From a virus, in the IMG/VR virus record IMGVR_UViG_3300010392_000664, positions 1 through 64,000 of that record: a stretch of 64,000 nt of DNA; one strand, written 5' to 3'. The notes beneath the pieces are model-generated. The model saw only the letters and a list, made by a program, of their open reading frames with translations. It was not told where the DNA came from and did not search any database. Below, one piece after another: positions 28,018 to 36,500 of the stretch (its first letter is position 1; each line of letters opens with the position of its first letter). The translations under genes and the position numbers were made by a program.

Positions 28018-28051
28018 TTGATTTTTCCTTTTATTTAAAGTTTGGTTTTAT

Positions 28052-28135
28052 TGAACAGGCTAGGAATCGAACCTAGCGAAATTTAGTCTGCTGCGACACA
28101 GGCTGAATCCCCAAATTTCATGACCACATCTGTTC
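28052..28135 (-). ncRNA. tRNA-like RNA A (84 nt): acceptor and T-arm, no D-stem, no anticodon loop
   Basis: GAACAG/CUGUUC-A acceptor; CUAGG-UUCGAUU-CCUAG T-arm; UGUGGUCA D-loop-like linker; 9-bp central helix. Confidence 0.7.
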
Positions 28136-28141
28136 CAAAAA

Positions 28142-28252
28142 TGAACAAGCAAGGAGTCGAACCTTGCAGAACCCGGCCTTCACCATGACCCGCAACCGGC
28201 GAAGCGGTGGAGATTCGAACTCCCTGGCTAGGTTCTGTGACCGCACTTGTTC
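28142..28252 (-). ncRNA. tRNA-like RNA B (111 nt) with two T-arms
   Basis: GAACAAG/CUUGUUC-A acceptor; CAAGG-UUCGACU-CCUUG T-arm; UGCGGUCA linker; 12-bp helix enclosing a second T-arm GGAG-UUCGAAU-CUCC. Confidence 0.75.
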
Positions 28253-28258
28253 AAGGTA

Positions 28259-28441
28259 TCAAAAATCCGATTCTTCCATAATGGGAGCACGGCCAACTTG
28301 TTCGCATAAGCCGTTGACCACATCACACACTTCTTTTGCCGATAAACCGCGTTCATCAATCCCGAATACAAAATTCGACCAGTTGAATTCAGTGGCAACG
28401 TCAATCACATCAACCAGAATGCACATTTGATCTTTTGTCAT
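28259..28441 (-). CDS. hypothetical protein
   Basis: TAATG coupling to the upstream gene (MTKDQMC...). Confidence 0.5.
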   Translation of the reverse strand: MTKDQMCILVDVIDVATEFNWSNFVFGIDERGLSAKEVCDVVNGLCEQVGRAPIMEESDF

Positions 28442-28908
28442 TACACTTCGTGGGTTCCTTCGAACCCTTCCTCTTTTCTGCGAGTTGTTCTGCTTTTCAA
28501 AAATGCCAAAGCATCTCGTAAAGAAGTTATTGCATGTTGATTTTCGGAGCATTTAAATTTAGTAGTTTGGTAGTATACCAGACGATCAAGTGCAGCTTGG
28601 ATCACATCTTCAACAAATGCCCCGTTTTGAGGAATAAGTTCTTCGCCCACCCGAAGTGGGCCTCGTTGCCAACTGATAGTGAATCCGACATCTTGAGTTA
28701 CTCCACCATCAGTATTGCCGTTTTCGTCTGTGAAAAATTTAAGCATCGTCTTCCTTTTCTGCTTTCTGTAACGAGAATTGTCATTCAAAACAATTAGAGT
28801 TTTTGTAGTGCGTTTAACTGTTTTGACACAATCCGTATCAGCTCCGTAACCACGGTCAACAATCACTTTGTCATCAGATTTTAATTCCTGTAACCAAGTA
28901 TAACTCAT
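28441..28908 (-). CDS. Tad1-like anti-defence signal sponge; probable internal start at 28746
   Basis: ISWQRGP...NGAFVEDVI....DRL..YQ..KFKCSEN.HAITSL..AL..L..RT..R...GFEGT matches the Tad1 pattern. Confidence 0.8.
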   Translation of the reverse strand: MSYTWLQELKSDDKVIVDRGYGADTDCVKTVKRTTKTLIVLNDNSRYRKQKRKTMLKFFTDENGNTDGGVTQDVGFTISWQRGPLRVGEELIPQNGAFVEDVIQAALDRLVYYQTTKFKCSENQHAITSLRDALAFLKSRTTRRKEEGFEGTHEV

Positions 28909-28964
28909 TGTTTTCCTCTATTGTATTGTACACCATGTTTATACAAAAAAGACGTGCATTTTGT

Positions 28965-28995
28965 AAAAAACGGTGGGGTTTTTTCAAACCCCGCC
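28965..28995 (-). terminator. intrinsic terminator after the DUF932 gene
   Basis: GGCGGGGUUU/AAACCCCACC stem followed by G and U6. Confidence 0.7.
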
Positions 28996-29010
28996 TCCTG
29001 ATCCCGATCT

Positions 29011-30036
29011 CTACGAGGCGGTGAATGCCGACTTGTAAGCGGCCTTCAATGCCCTTTGTGTACGCTTCTCATTCAAACCGAACAGGTTACTGTACGCCCG
29101 TTTTTCAACCCGGTTCGTGTCATCTTTACCCCGCGATTTGCGATCATGCTGGATGAGTCCTGACCAAGCGTTGAAGGCATTCCAGAAACTTGTTCCGGCG
29201 ATTTCCTTTTCGTCGTCAAACCGTCGCATGAAAGAAGAGTTCGCTTCCATTGCCCGATTTTTCCGATTTTCTTCCACTTTCGTTCCGGGATTCGTTTTGA
29301 ATTCCCCGAATTCCTCAACGTACATCTCAACGAAAAACTTCTGCAGTTGCTCGTTGTTGATCTGTCGCTGAGCCATTCGGTTCATGACTCCTCGCGTAGC
29401 TTCAATCGCTTTTGAGTACTGCTTCAGCATTTTTTTCGCATCCTCAAGTCGATCCTTCACGTTAACCGTGTGCTTGAAAGTGAATGCCGAACCCAACAAC
29501 TCACCGGTGTCATCCCTTGGGATGATGGCATGCAACGTGTTACTGCATACCGCCCGTACCGTCGTCGGTGTCCCTCGAAAGGTAGAAAATCCATCATGAC
29601 CGTTACTGATGAGAGTGTACGGAAAAATCTGATCTCCGTTAGCTACGTCGAATGACTTGCCCTTGAGGAGGAACCACACCTTTTTACCTCCCTGAATGGA
29701 TCCCGCCGTTTCGACCTTTACCAATTCATCGTTAAGTTGCAGTGCCTCACAAAAATCAGCTAATTCGTAATTTTGAATCGGCACATACCGATCACTCGTG
29801 ACTCCCATAAATGTGTTCGTGTCCAATCGCCAATTTGAAAGGTGATCTGGAACCTCGATGTCGTTACCGTCCGGCCCTTTAACGATCAAAGGACGTTGCT
29901 CAATGCCCCATTCCAAACCGGCCAGGGTCAACGCCTCTCGCGGTGTAGGGGCATCCTCAACCACCATTCCCAATCCGTGCCAAGCACCTGATTTGTGAAG
30001 CACTACGTTGTCTGTGTCGGTAATTTCGTGTGCCAT
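29011..30036 (-). CDS. DUF932/DUF945 family protein
   Basis: MAHEI...AWHGLG, ETAGS..GGK.VW, NGHDG, TTVRAVCSNTL. Confidence 0.88.
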   Translation of the reverse strand: MAHEITDTDNVVLHKSGAWHGLGMVVEDAPTPREALTLAGLEWGIEQRPLIVKGPDGNDIEVPDHLSNWRLDTNTFMGVTSDRYVPIQNYELADFCEALQLNDELVKVETAGSIQGGKKVWFLLKGKSFDVANGDQIFPYTLISNGHDGFSTFRGTPTTVRAVCSNTLHAIIPRDDTGELLGSAFTFKHTVNVKDRLEDAKKMLKQYSKAIEATRGVMNRMAQRQINNEQLQKFFVEMYVEEFGEFKTNPGTKVEENRKNRAMEANSSFMRRFDDEKEIAGTSFWNAFNAWSGLIQHDRKSRGKDDTNRVEKRAYSNLFGLNEKRTQRALKAAYKSAFTAS

Positions 30037-30079
30037 GATTTCCCTTTCGAAGAGTGTGAAAAAGTTTGACTTCCGATAT

Positions 30080-30114
30080 AGACATTGTAGACTTGTCTTG
30101 TGAAATATCAACTC
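30080..30114 (-). promoter_or_regulatory. sigma70-type promoter with AGACA-N9-TGTCT dyad
   Basis: TTGATA-16 bp-TACAAT; close copy of the promoter at 35527-35562. Confidence 0.65.
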
Positions 30115-30151
30115 ACGTTTTGTAGTTTTTTGATGATTTTTTGAAAAAACC

Positions 30152-30545
30152 TCAGATAGAGGAATGTTGCTGGAGTTGGTACTCTACCCCACCATTTTTG
30201 GGAATCATGGCCATTGATCCGATGTTTTTCTTGTTTTCGTCAACAAGAATAAGTCTCAGACCTTCTTTTCCCAGATGAATGGTAATTTCCTGCATGACTA
30301 AAGGTTTACTGTTTAGATCTTTCGGATAGTACTCTCCCAAAACATCTTTCAGCATTTCTTCTTCAGTCCAATCCACATAACCTTTTTTGACCCTATTCGA
30401 TGACTGCTGTTTAGATTTGAATACAGCGGCCCAGTTTCTTGCTACTTGGTAAGAGACACCTGGATGGTACTTTTTTTTTCAGGTATTCCTGTATTCTGTG
30501 AATTTTTTGTGTGTTTTTTGTAGGCTTCTTTTTTTCTTCACTCAT
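30152..30545 (-). CDS. hypothetical protein apparently interrupted by a frameshift at an A9 run
   Basis: ATG at 30545; removing one A at 30471-30479 joins it in frame to ORF 30152-30376, giving 130 aa. Confidence 0.45.
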
Positions 30546-30571
30546 GTTGTTTTAAACCTCATCTAGAATTG

Positions 30572-30602
30572 AAAACATCCCCCTGGATTAACAGGAGGAT
30601 GT
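30572..30602 (-). terminator. intrinsic terminator
   Basis: ACAUCCUCCUG/CAGGGGGAUGU stem followed by a short U-run. Confidence 0.6.
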
Positions 30603-30640
30603 GGTAAAAAATTCAGCTTCGCTGCACACATCTTAGAGTT

Positions 30641-30988
30641 TTAGGATTTCAGGCCGAACTTACCACGATCGACCTTCTCAAACCGTGACTCGTCGCCTTT
30701 GACCTTGATCTCGCGAGCAATAGCCGCCGACAACGTAGCGTGAGGAGTTTTGCCTCCCGGTGAAGTCCAGTACCCCTTTTCAGACATCTGCTCAATCAAC
30801 TCTTTCGCATTCAAAGGATTGTCAGATTCACCGAGAACCTTTGCTGCTGCATCAAGAGCACTGGTCTTCTTTTCTTTCGGTTTACTGTCCTTCTTGGGCT
30901 TTTCATCTTTGGTTTCAGCTTTTGCGGCTTCCTTGGTTTCCGCGTCTTTGTTTTCAGCTTCCTTTGTTGCTTTGTTACCACGTGCCAT
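30641..30988 (-). CDS. HARE-HTH (HB1/ASXL/restriction endonuclease HTH) protein with K/E/A-rich N-terminus
   Basis: [10 protein letters not shown]...LNAKELI...[13 protein letters not shown]...REI..KG..SRF.K..RGKF; GGAG SD before 30988; an in-frame Cys-rich extension to 31135 is possible. Confidence 0.8.
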   Translation of the reverse strand: MARGNKATKEAENKDAETKEAAKAETKDEKPKKDSKPKEKKTSALDAAAKVLGESDNPLNAKELIEQMSEKGYWTSPGGKTPHATLSAAIAREIKVKGDESRFEKVDRGKFGLKS

Positions 30989-31133
30989 TTCGTTCTCCCA
31001 ATCTTTTGCGTCTTCTGGATCTCTCGGTCTGCCGCATCTGGAGCAGTTCCGAAATTCGTAATGATGAACCGCACCGCACGACTCATCTTCGCATACACAG
31101 CGAATTCTTTTTGTGCTTGACCGAATCATGTGC

Positions 31134-31161
31134 ATCCTATCGTGTGATGTTTACCTGTCAA
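31134..31161 (-). promoter_or_regulatory. sigma70-type promoter
   Basis: TTGACA-16 bp-TAGGAT. Confidence 0.5.
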
Positions 31162-31388
31162 GTTCTGATTACGCTATTTCTTCCAAATTTCTCATTTCGA
31201 AGAGCATGATCGACTATCATTTCAACCAAGCCCTTCAGATTCTCTCCACCACCGATTCCAATCAAAACCCGTCCGGATGCCCAATTACAAAATTCATTGT
31301 ACGTCATCTCAGTGGCATGCTTTGGTCTGTATTTTGATGATTCAACTTCGACAACTTCCCTTTCCTTTTTTCGACTTTTCCTTGGCAT
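31158..31388 (-). CDS. hypothetical protein
   Basis: AAGGA SD; operon context. Confidence 0.55.
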   Translation of the reverse strand: MPRKSRKKEREVVEVESSKYRPKHATEMTYNEFCNWASGRVLIGIGGGENLKGLVEMIVDHALRNEKFGRNSVIRT

Positions 31389-31390
31389 GT

Positions 31391-31810
31391 TTATTCCTTT
31401 AATGGATCAAATTCAGCAAAAAGTTGATGTTCAGCAGCAAATCGAATGCAAAATTCATAAAGCTGTTTTATAGCCTCTGGATACCCTTCAAAATAAACTT
31501 CTTTTCGATAAGCAATAACGACATAACGAATACATCCATTATCCCGCATGTTATCCGCCATTTCAGACATGACGTAATCTTCTTCTGATCCATAAACATG
31601 CCAATAGTGGTGGCCTTCTTCCTCATCTAATCTTTCACATTCCAGACGTGTTTCATCCAATCCTTGGACTAAAGATTCATAATTTGGAATGTACTTTTGT
31701 AGAGTTGGATTTTCCTTGACGACAGCCAAATGGTTAAAGTACCCACATTCAAAAACCTGTTTAGTAGGGGTAATCCATCCTGCCTTCACGATTTTCCCTT
31801 TCGGTAACAA
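31391..31810 (-). CDS. hypothetical protein
   Basis: GWITP...H motif; preceded by extended -10 TGGTATAAT. Confidence 0.55.
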   Translation of the reverse strand: MLPKGKIVKAGWITPTKQVFECGYFNHLAVVKENPTLQKYIPNYESLVQGLDETRLECERLDEEEGHHYWHVYGSEEDYVMSEMADNMRDNGCIRYVVIAYRKEVYFEGYPEAIKQLYEFCIRFAAEHQLFAEFDPLKE

Positions 31811-31880
31811 TTGATGTTTTCTTTCGTCGGCATCATTATACCACCAACTGCAGTAAAGTCATTGAATAAAATGACAATTT

Positions 31881-32765
31881 CTAAAAGATTTCAAGAAATT
31901 CGCTGCGAATCGACTGAATTTCTTCAGGATCTGCCGTCGCCGCATCATCCCCGGTTTCTAGTTCAACATTTATGGTGACCCCGTCAAACATCGACAATTC
32001 CTCACATAACTGTCCAGCTCGATGTTGGGCATCTTCTTCAGAATCGAAACATATTGCTCGAACCGGGTATTCCGCAATCGCCGCCAATTGCTGAGGGCTA
32101 TAACCGACGCCACACGTTGCCACACAACCGGGTCCAATAGCCCAAGCGTCAATCGGTCCCTCGACAACTACAATGGCGTGACGGGCCAAGTGTGACCCAT
32201 ACAACAAGGTCTTATGAGGAATCAATTCTTCTTCCGATTTCGCAGCCAAATATCTGAAATCAGTTTTTTCTTTTATCGACCGAGATGTCCATGATACTAC
32301 GTTACCAAGTGAATCATGGATAGGAATGAAGATCCGCCATTGTAGAGGATGGGGAGGTCCGATTCCTTTGATTTCCCATAACCGTGAGATTTCATGAGGA
32401 TCGAATCCTCTCGAACGAAGGTATTGATTATGGGCAGGAAGAAGATCATTTATCCCTATCGGGAGTTTTAATGTACCAGTGTGCTCTTTTGGACTGTAGA
32501 ACTGAAAACCTAGCCCATCACTAAGTTCTTTTGCTTCATGGTAACTGATACCACAAAGCATTGCCAACATAGTAATGCGACTTTGACGCCCACAGAACCA
32601 GCAATTTGTTCTCCCGGAGGAGATATCAAATCCAAGTCGGAATTTTCTATAGTTGGGAGAACACTTCGGGCAATCCACACCAACCCATCCAGATCTCACA
32701 TTTCTATGATCACCTTCAAGGCGGAACTCAACATTATATTGAACAAGAATATCTATTATGTTCAT
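31881..32765 (-). CDS. DNA primase (zinc finger plus TOPRIM)
   Basis: CPKC...CWFC; YLRSRG; RIFIPI; VVEGPIDA; CFDSE. Confidence 0.88.
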   Translation of the reverse strand: MNIIDILVQYNVEFRLEGDHRNVRSGWVGVDCPKCSPNYRKFRLGFDISSGRTNCWFCGRQSRITMLAMLCGISYHEAKELSDGLGFQFYSPKEHTGTLKLPIGINDLLPAHNQYLRSRGFDPHEISRLWEIKGIGPPHPLQWRIFIPIHDSLGNVVSWTSRSIKEKTDFRYLAAKSEEELIPHKTLLYGSHLARHAIVVVEGPIDAWAIGPGCVATCGVGYSPQQLAAIAEYPVRAICFDSEEDAQHRAGQLCEELSMFDGVTINVELETGDDAATADPEEIQSIRSEFLEIF

Positions 32766-33128
32766 TCAACAGCTAATCTTCTGAACTGGCACTTTGGCGT
32801 TAAGTGCTTGTTCTACCATGTTATTAGTCCCAAAGCCTCCTGGAAATGCTACAACGAGATCTGGTTTCCCGTCTTCAAGCATTTCTTTATTTCGAATTGG
32901 TCCTGCTGCTCTCCCATAACTGTCCCAATCTGCAAGATAAATTCTCACCGGCATATTACGTGAATAAGCCCACTCCCCAGCAAGGGTATCAGCTCCAGTG
33001 GCCCCACCATGAATTATCTCAACTTCTTTATGCTGCAGTAATAATTCATCAAGAGCAAGATACAGAATGCTTCGTTTTTTGAATTTCCGCCCACCGGTGA
33101 CGAGAATTGTGTAATGATCCATCAGCAT
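32766..33128 (-). CDS. DUF2493 / YspA-like SLOG family protein
   Basis: VTGGR, IHGGATGAD, YGRAAGPIRN..ML, AFPGG.GT..M. Confidence 0.88.
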   Translation of the reverse strand: MLMDHYTILVTGGRKFKKRSILYLALDELLLQHKEVEIIHGGATGADTLAGEWAYSRNMPVRIYLADWDSYGRAAGPIRNKEMLEDGKPDLVVAFPGGFGTNNMVEQALNAKVPVQKISC

Positions 33129-33131
33129 CTC

Positions 33132-33377
33132 CTATGGAACAAAACCACATACAATCAAGATAGCACCATCCCGAATTGCCTGGGTCGCTTGCTCTATTGT
33201 TACTGGGTCAATAGACAGTTCTTCTCCTTGATCATTGTATATTAAATCCTGAAGTTCATCCTCTTTTTCATCTCCAAATGAATTAAAATAAACTTCATGC
33301 AAATGGGATAAGTCACCATCAAAGATGTAAAACTTTAATTCTGCTTGACAGTCATCAAAAATCATAACTGTTTTCAT
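33132..33377 (-). CDS. hypothetical protein
   Basis: ORF in operon context. Confidence 0.6.
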   Translation of the reverse strand: MKTVMIFDDCQAELKFYIFDGDLSHLHEVYFNSFGDEKEDELQDLIYNDQGEELSIDPVTIEQATQAIRDGAILIVCGFVP

Positions 33378-33378
33378 T

Positions 33379-33594
33379 TCAGCATCTCCATCCTGCTATG
33401 TCATGATCAAGTTCAATGTTTTCTTCTATAGCTTTTTTCATCAAAGCTACCAAAGCTCCATTCATGGTGAAATCATTTTTAGCACACCACGTTCGAAATT
33501 CCGATCTGAATCTCTTAGTGACATTCCGGATTTGAACCGTTGCTGAAGTGTCACCTTCCTCAGCATACACTTTTATGCCTTCGTTTTTTTCCAT
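33379..33594 (-). CDS. ribbon-helix-helix protein
   Basis: ATVQIRNV...RSEFRTWC.....TM...LV.LM. Confidence 0.6.
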   Translation of the reverse strand: MEKNEGIKVYAEEGDTSATVQIRNVTKRFRSEFRTWCAKNDFTMNGALVALMKKAIEENIELDHDIAGWRC

Positions 33595-33596
33595 AA

Positions 33597-34967
33597 TTAA
33601 GCCGCCTTGATTAGTTCTTTTCTCAATTCTTCGAGAATGTTAAACTTCCCAACGGAATTATCACCGTCGATTGCTTCATTGATGATTTTCCTTTTTTGAT
33701 TGAGAATTCTGCACATCTTTTCTTCGATCGTGTCACCTGCAATTAGATACCAGATCCATGCAGTTTCCGTTTGACCGATTCTATGAATTCGGTCAGAGCA
33801 CTGATCCAATTCAGGTGGAGTCCAGGGCAATTCGACAAAAGCCAACGTGGAGGCCGCAGTCAACGTGATACCGACACCTGCCGCCCGTATATTGCCAATG
33901 AATACCTTTGTTGTTGGATCCTTCTGAAATTGATTTACCGCTATCTGCCGATCCTTGCTATTCACAGATCCATCCACAACAACTGACTTATGTGGAATGC
34001 GTCTTTTCAAAACTGAAATTGCTTTTTTGTGATGTGCAAAAAGAACTAATTTTTCATTCGTTTCTTCAAGAAAAGTATTAGACCAATCAACAACAGACTT
34101 CATTTTTAACCGAGATGCCATTCTCAGCAACGTACCAGTTCTGAATAACCATTCAGCATTATCGGCAGATGATATTTTATGCCCGGCATTCTTTTTGATC
34201 CACTTTATGAAATTTGAAGATGCTTCTTGATACTCCGAATAGTCACTGAGAGCACATGGATAAATGCGATGAACCTTATCCGGGAGATCTTTAAGGACGT
34301 CCTTTTTCTTTCTACGGATCATGCCGATCGTTTTCAATTGATCGTGCAACAAATTCATGTTGCGAGATTCGTTATAGGTGAACTTTCCTCTTACAGCTCT
34401 TGGTTTACAGAATACCTGAGCATAACTCCAAAATGAATTATACACTCGAGGCCACACAATATTCAAAATTGACCACATGTCTTTAGCTCTGTTGGTCAAC
34501 GGAGTACCTGTCAACGCTATCACGTGTTTACACTTTTGTGCTAACCGACGGACAGCTTTTGTTCTCTGTGACTTTGGATTTGAGCAATAGTGAGCTTCAT
34601 CTATGATTAAAGTTTTATAATCTTGTTCAATAATCCAGTCAATCCAGTATGGTAAAATTTTGTAATTGATAATGATAATCGGGGTTGAACTTTTTATGTC
34701 AAATGATCCATTGACCGGAGGTGTTGTCCCTGAGCAAACGGATGATCTTAAATTGACATGAATCAAAGCCTCATGCTGCCAATTGTATTTGACCGCTGCC
34801 GGGCAGACAACTATTGCTGGAGCCCAAGTCGGATTTCGTTTTACCGTCCACAAAGCCTGCATTGTTTTGCCAAGTCCCATTTCATCTGCTAACAATGCCC
34901 TCCCGTTAAGTTTTTCAATTAATCGAACACCTTCTTTTTGGTACTCATGTGGTTTTATTTTTTCCAT
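33597..34967 (-). CDS. SNF2-family (HARP-like) helicase
   Basis: LADEMGLGKT, IIDEAH, LTGTP, AAGVGITL, QCSDRIHRIGQ. Confidence 0.92.
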   Translation of the reverse strand: MEKIKPHEYQKEGVRLIEKLNGRALLADEMGLGKTMQALWTVKRNPTWAPAIVVCPAAVKYNWQHEALIHVNLRSSVCSGTTPPVNGSFDIKSSTPIIIINYKILPYWIDWIIEQDYKTLIIDEAHYCSNPKSQRTKAVRRLAQKCKHVIALTGTPLTNRAKDMWSILNIVWPRVYNSFWSYAQVFCKPRAVRGKFTYNESRNMNLLHDQLKTIGMIRRKKKDVLKDLPDKVHRIYPCALSDYSEYQEASSNFIKWIKKNAGHKISSADNAEWLFRTGTLLRMASRLKMKSVVDWSNTFLEETNEKLVLFAHHKKAISVLKRRIPHKSVVVDGSVNSKDRQIAVNQFQKDPTTKVFIGNIRAAGVGITLTAASTLAFVELPWTPPELDQCSDRIHRIGQTETAWIWYLIAGDTIEEKMCRILNQKRKIINEAIDGDNSVGKFNILEELRKELIKAA

Positions 34968-34974
34968 TTATCCT

Positions 34975-35490
34975 TCAACCAAAAATAGCTGATTTTGTTG
35001 CACGAAAAGCCTTAGTCACCCTGGCAACGGACCATCCAGATTCGTGCAAATATTCACGAAGGGAGGATCTCCAATTGTAAGGGCGACCACCCTTATCTGA
35101 TGCTGAAACAGTAAGTGCCACCGGTGGGTTTAAAAGCAATCGAATGACGGTTTTTGAATCTTCAGTAAACCCATCACAAAATTCATCAAAGTTGAATTCC
35201 TGTCTTTTTAGACAAGAGAGCATTTCGATTGAAATGTTAGTAAGAACACCTTCCACCAATTTGTTGTGCCCTCTAATCACATTGCTCAACTTGTTGTTGA
35301 TGCAGGTGCCAAGATAAGTGGTGAATTTGATTCCTCGATTCGGGTCATACGAACGACGGGCAGCAAGGTATGCCTCATACGCAGGAGTCAACAAATCCTC
35401 CGGTTCCCTGTAGTTGAACTTTTTGGCATTTCGATGAATCAGCATCCATACGAATTTTTCCACATCTTCATAACTTTGTTTTTCGGGCAT
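34975..35490 (-). CDS. RNA polymerase sigma factor (region 2-like)
   Basis: EDLL..AY.A...A..SYDPNRGIKFTTYL..CI.N. Confidence 0.75.
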   Translation of the reverse strand: MPEKQSYEDVEKFVWMLIHRNAKKFNYREPEDLLTPAYEAYLAARRSYDPNRGIKFTTYLGTCINNKLSNVIRGHNKLVEGVLTNISIEMLSCLKRQEFNFDEFCDGFTEDSKTVIRLLLNPPVALTVSASDKGGRPYNWRSSLREYLHESGWSVARVTKAFRATKSAIFG

Positions 35491-35526
35491 TGTGCCATCC
35501 CTGTAAAAATGGAAGTTTTGGTATGG

Positions 35527-35562
35527 AGACATTGTACACATGTCTTCAAACAATGTCAACTC
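35527..35562 (-). promoter_or_regulatory. near-consensus sigma70 promoter with AGACA-N9-TGTCT dyad
   Basis: TTGACA (35554-35559), 17 bp, TACAAT (35531-35536). Confidence 0.8.
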
Positions 35563-35624
35563 AAAAACCGGAAATAGTCCATCGAGGAGATGCCGCCACA
35601 GGAAAACGGCTGGACTATTTCCGG
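35563..35624 (-). terminator. terminator closing the late/glycosylation operon
   Basis: 14-bp perfect stem CCGGAAAUAGUCCA/UGGACUAUUUCCGG followed by UUUUU. Confidence 0.7.
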
Positions 35625-35911
35625 CTTGGGTCAACCACATTGCCATTTTCGGCAATCAGTTTAGAATCCCCCATAAAATGTTTCCAAATTTTCCAATAAT
35701 GTTCAGGATCTCGTACTTCGCTATCCCGAATGAGTCTTTGGCTTCCCCGAACATCCCAGCAATTCAAAAATACCCCACATACCGAAAATGCCTCAACCCG
35801 CACTATTTGCCCATCTTTAATCTCGGTCAACTCTAAATAAAGTGACGGAGTCTCCTCGACATCATCCTCTTTAAGCCAATCCTGAATTTTTCTTTTAATC
35901 CACTTCAGCAT
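35615..35911 (-). CDS. hypothetical protein
   Basis: ORF in operon context. Confidence 0.55.
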   Translation of the reverse strand: MLKWIKRKIQDWLKEDDVEETPSLYLELTEIKDGQIVRVEAFSVCGVFLNCWDVRGSQRLIRDSEVRDPEHYWKIWKHFMGDSKLIAENGNVVDPSRK

Positions 35912-36500
35912 TTTTCACCACAAAAATTTTCCGTTTTAATTTTTTTGTTTTTGGTGACAAAACCGCTTCTATGGCACCATGCCGTTTAAATAACTCGTCA
36001 TACTCCTCATAGGTGGCCGCATAACAATCTGCTTTATTCCACCTGCGGCCCAAACGATTGTGGTACTTATGCCACTCAACGTAAAGTCTGCCGTCTGGTT
36101 TTTTCAATTCTTTCAACCACGCCTGAACAGCAGCATCCGGATCTCTGGCATGATCCAATGAGTTAGTGTACACCAAATCAAATCGACCAACCCAACTCGA
36201 CGGCACCTCAGTAAAATCAATGCAAACTATCCTTTCTCCATCACACAGATCTTCGAAAATTTCAGTGCCTGTCCATAAAGATTCAGAAGGACTTTTACTT
36301 TCGAACAAATCTAATTCTTCTCCACGACGAACCCCATGACACAAACCGTGCATCACTGGAGAGCCATGATATTCTAAGATAGAATCTATCACAGACTCCT
36401 CAGATGAAAATGATGAATTAGGTCTTTTAACCTTTATTTGTGTAGTGTTCCTCTGAGCTTTAATATAGTCGTCGTAGGAATCAAATTTAATTTGTTTCAT
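35895..36500 (-). CDS. class I SAM methyltransferase-like protein
   Basis: LCHGVR.G.E, GTEI, FDLVYTNSLDHA..P, LKKPDG. Confidence 0.7.
   Translation of the reverse strand: MKQIKFDSYDDYIKAQRNTTQIKVKRPNSSFSSEESVIDSILEYHGSPVMHGLCHGVRRGEELDLFESKSPSESLWTGTEIFEDLCDGERIVCIDFTEVPSSWVGRFDLVYTNSLDHARDPDAAVQAWLKELKKPDGRLYVEWHKYHNRLGRRWNKADCYAATYEEYDELFKRHGAIEAVLSPKTKKLKRKIFVVKNAEVD

Noticed and set aside
28052-28252. Canonical tRNA genes
   Set aside because: No D-stem and no 7-nt anticodon loop; reported as tRNA-like ncRNAs instead.
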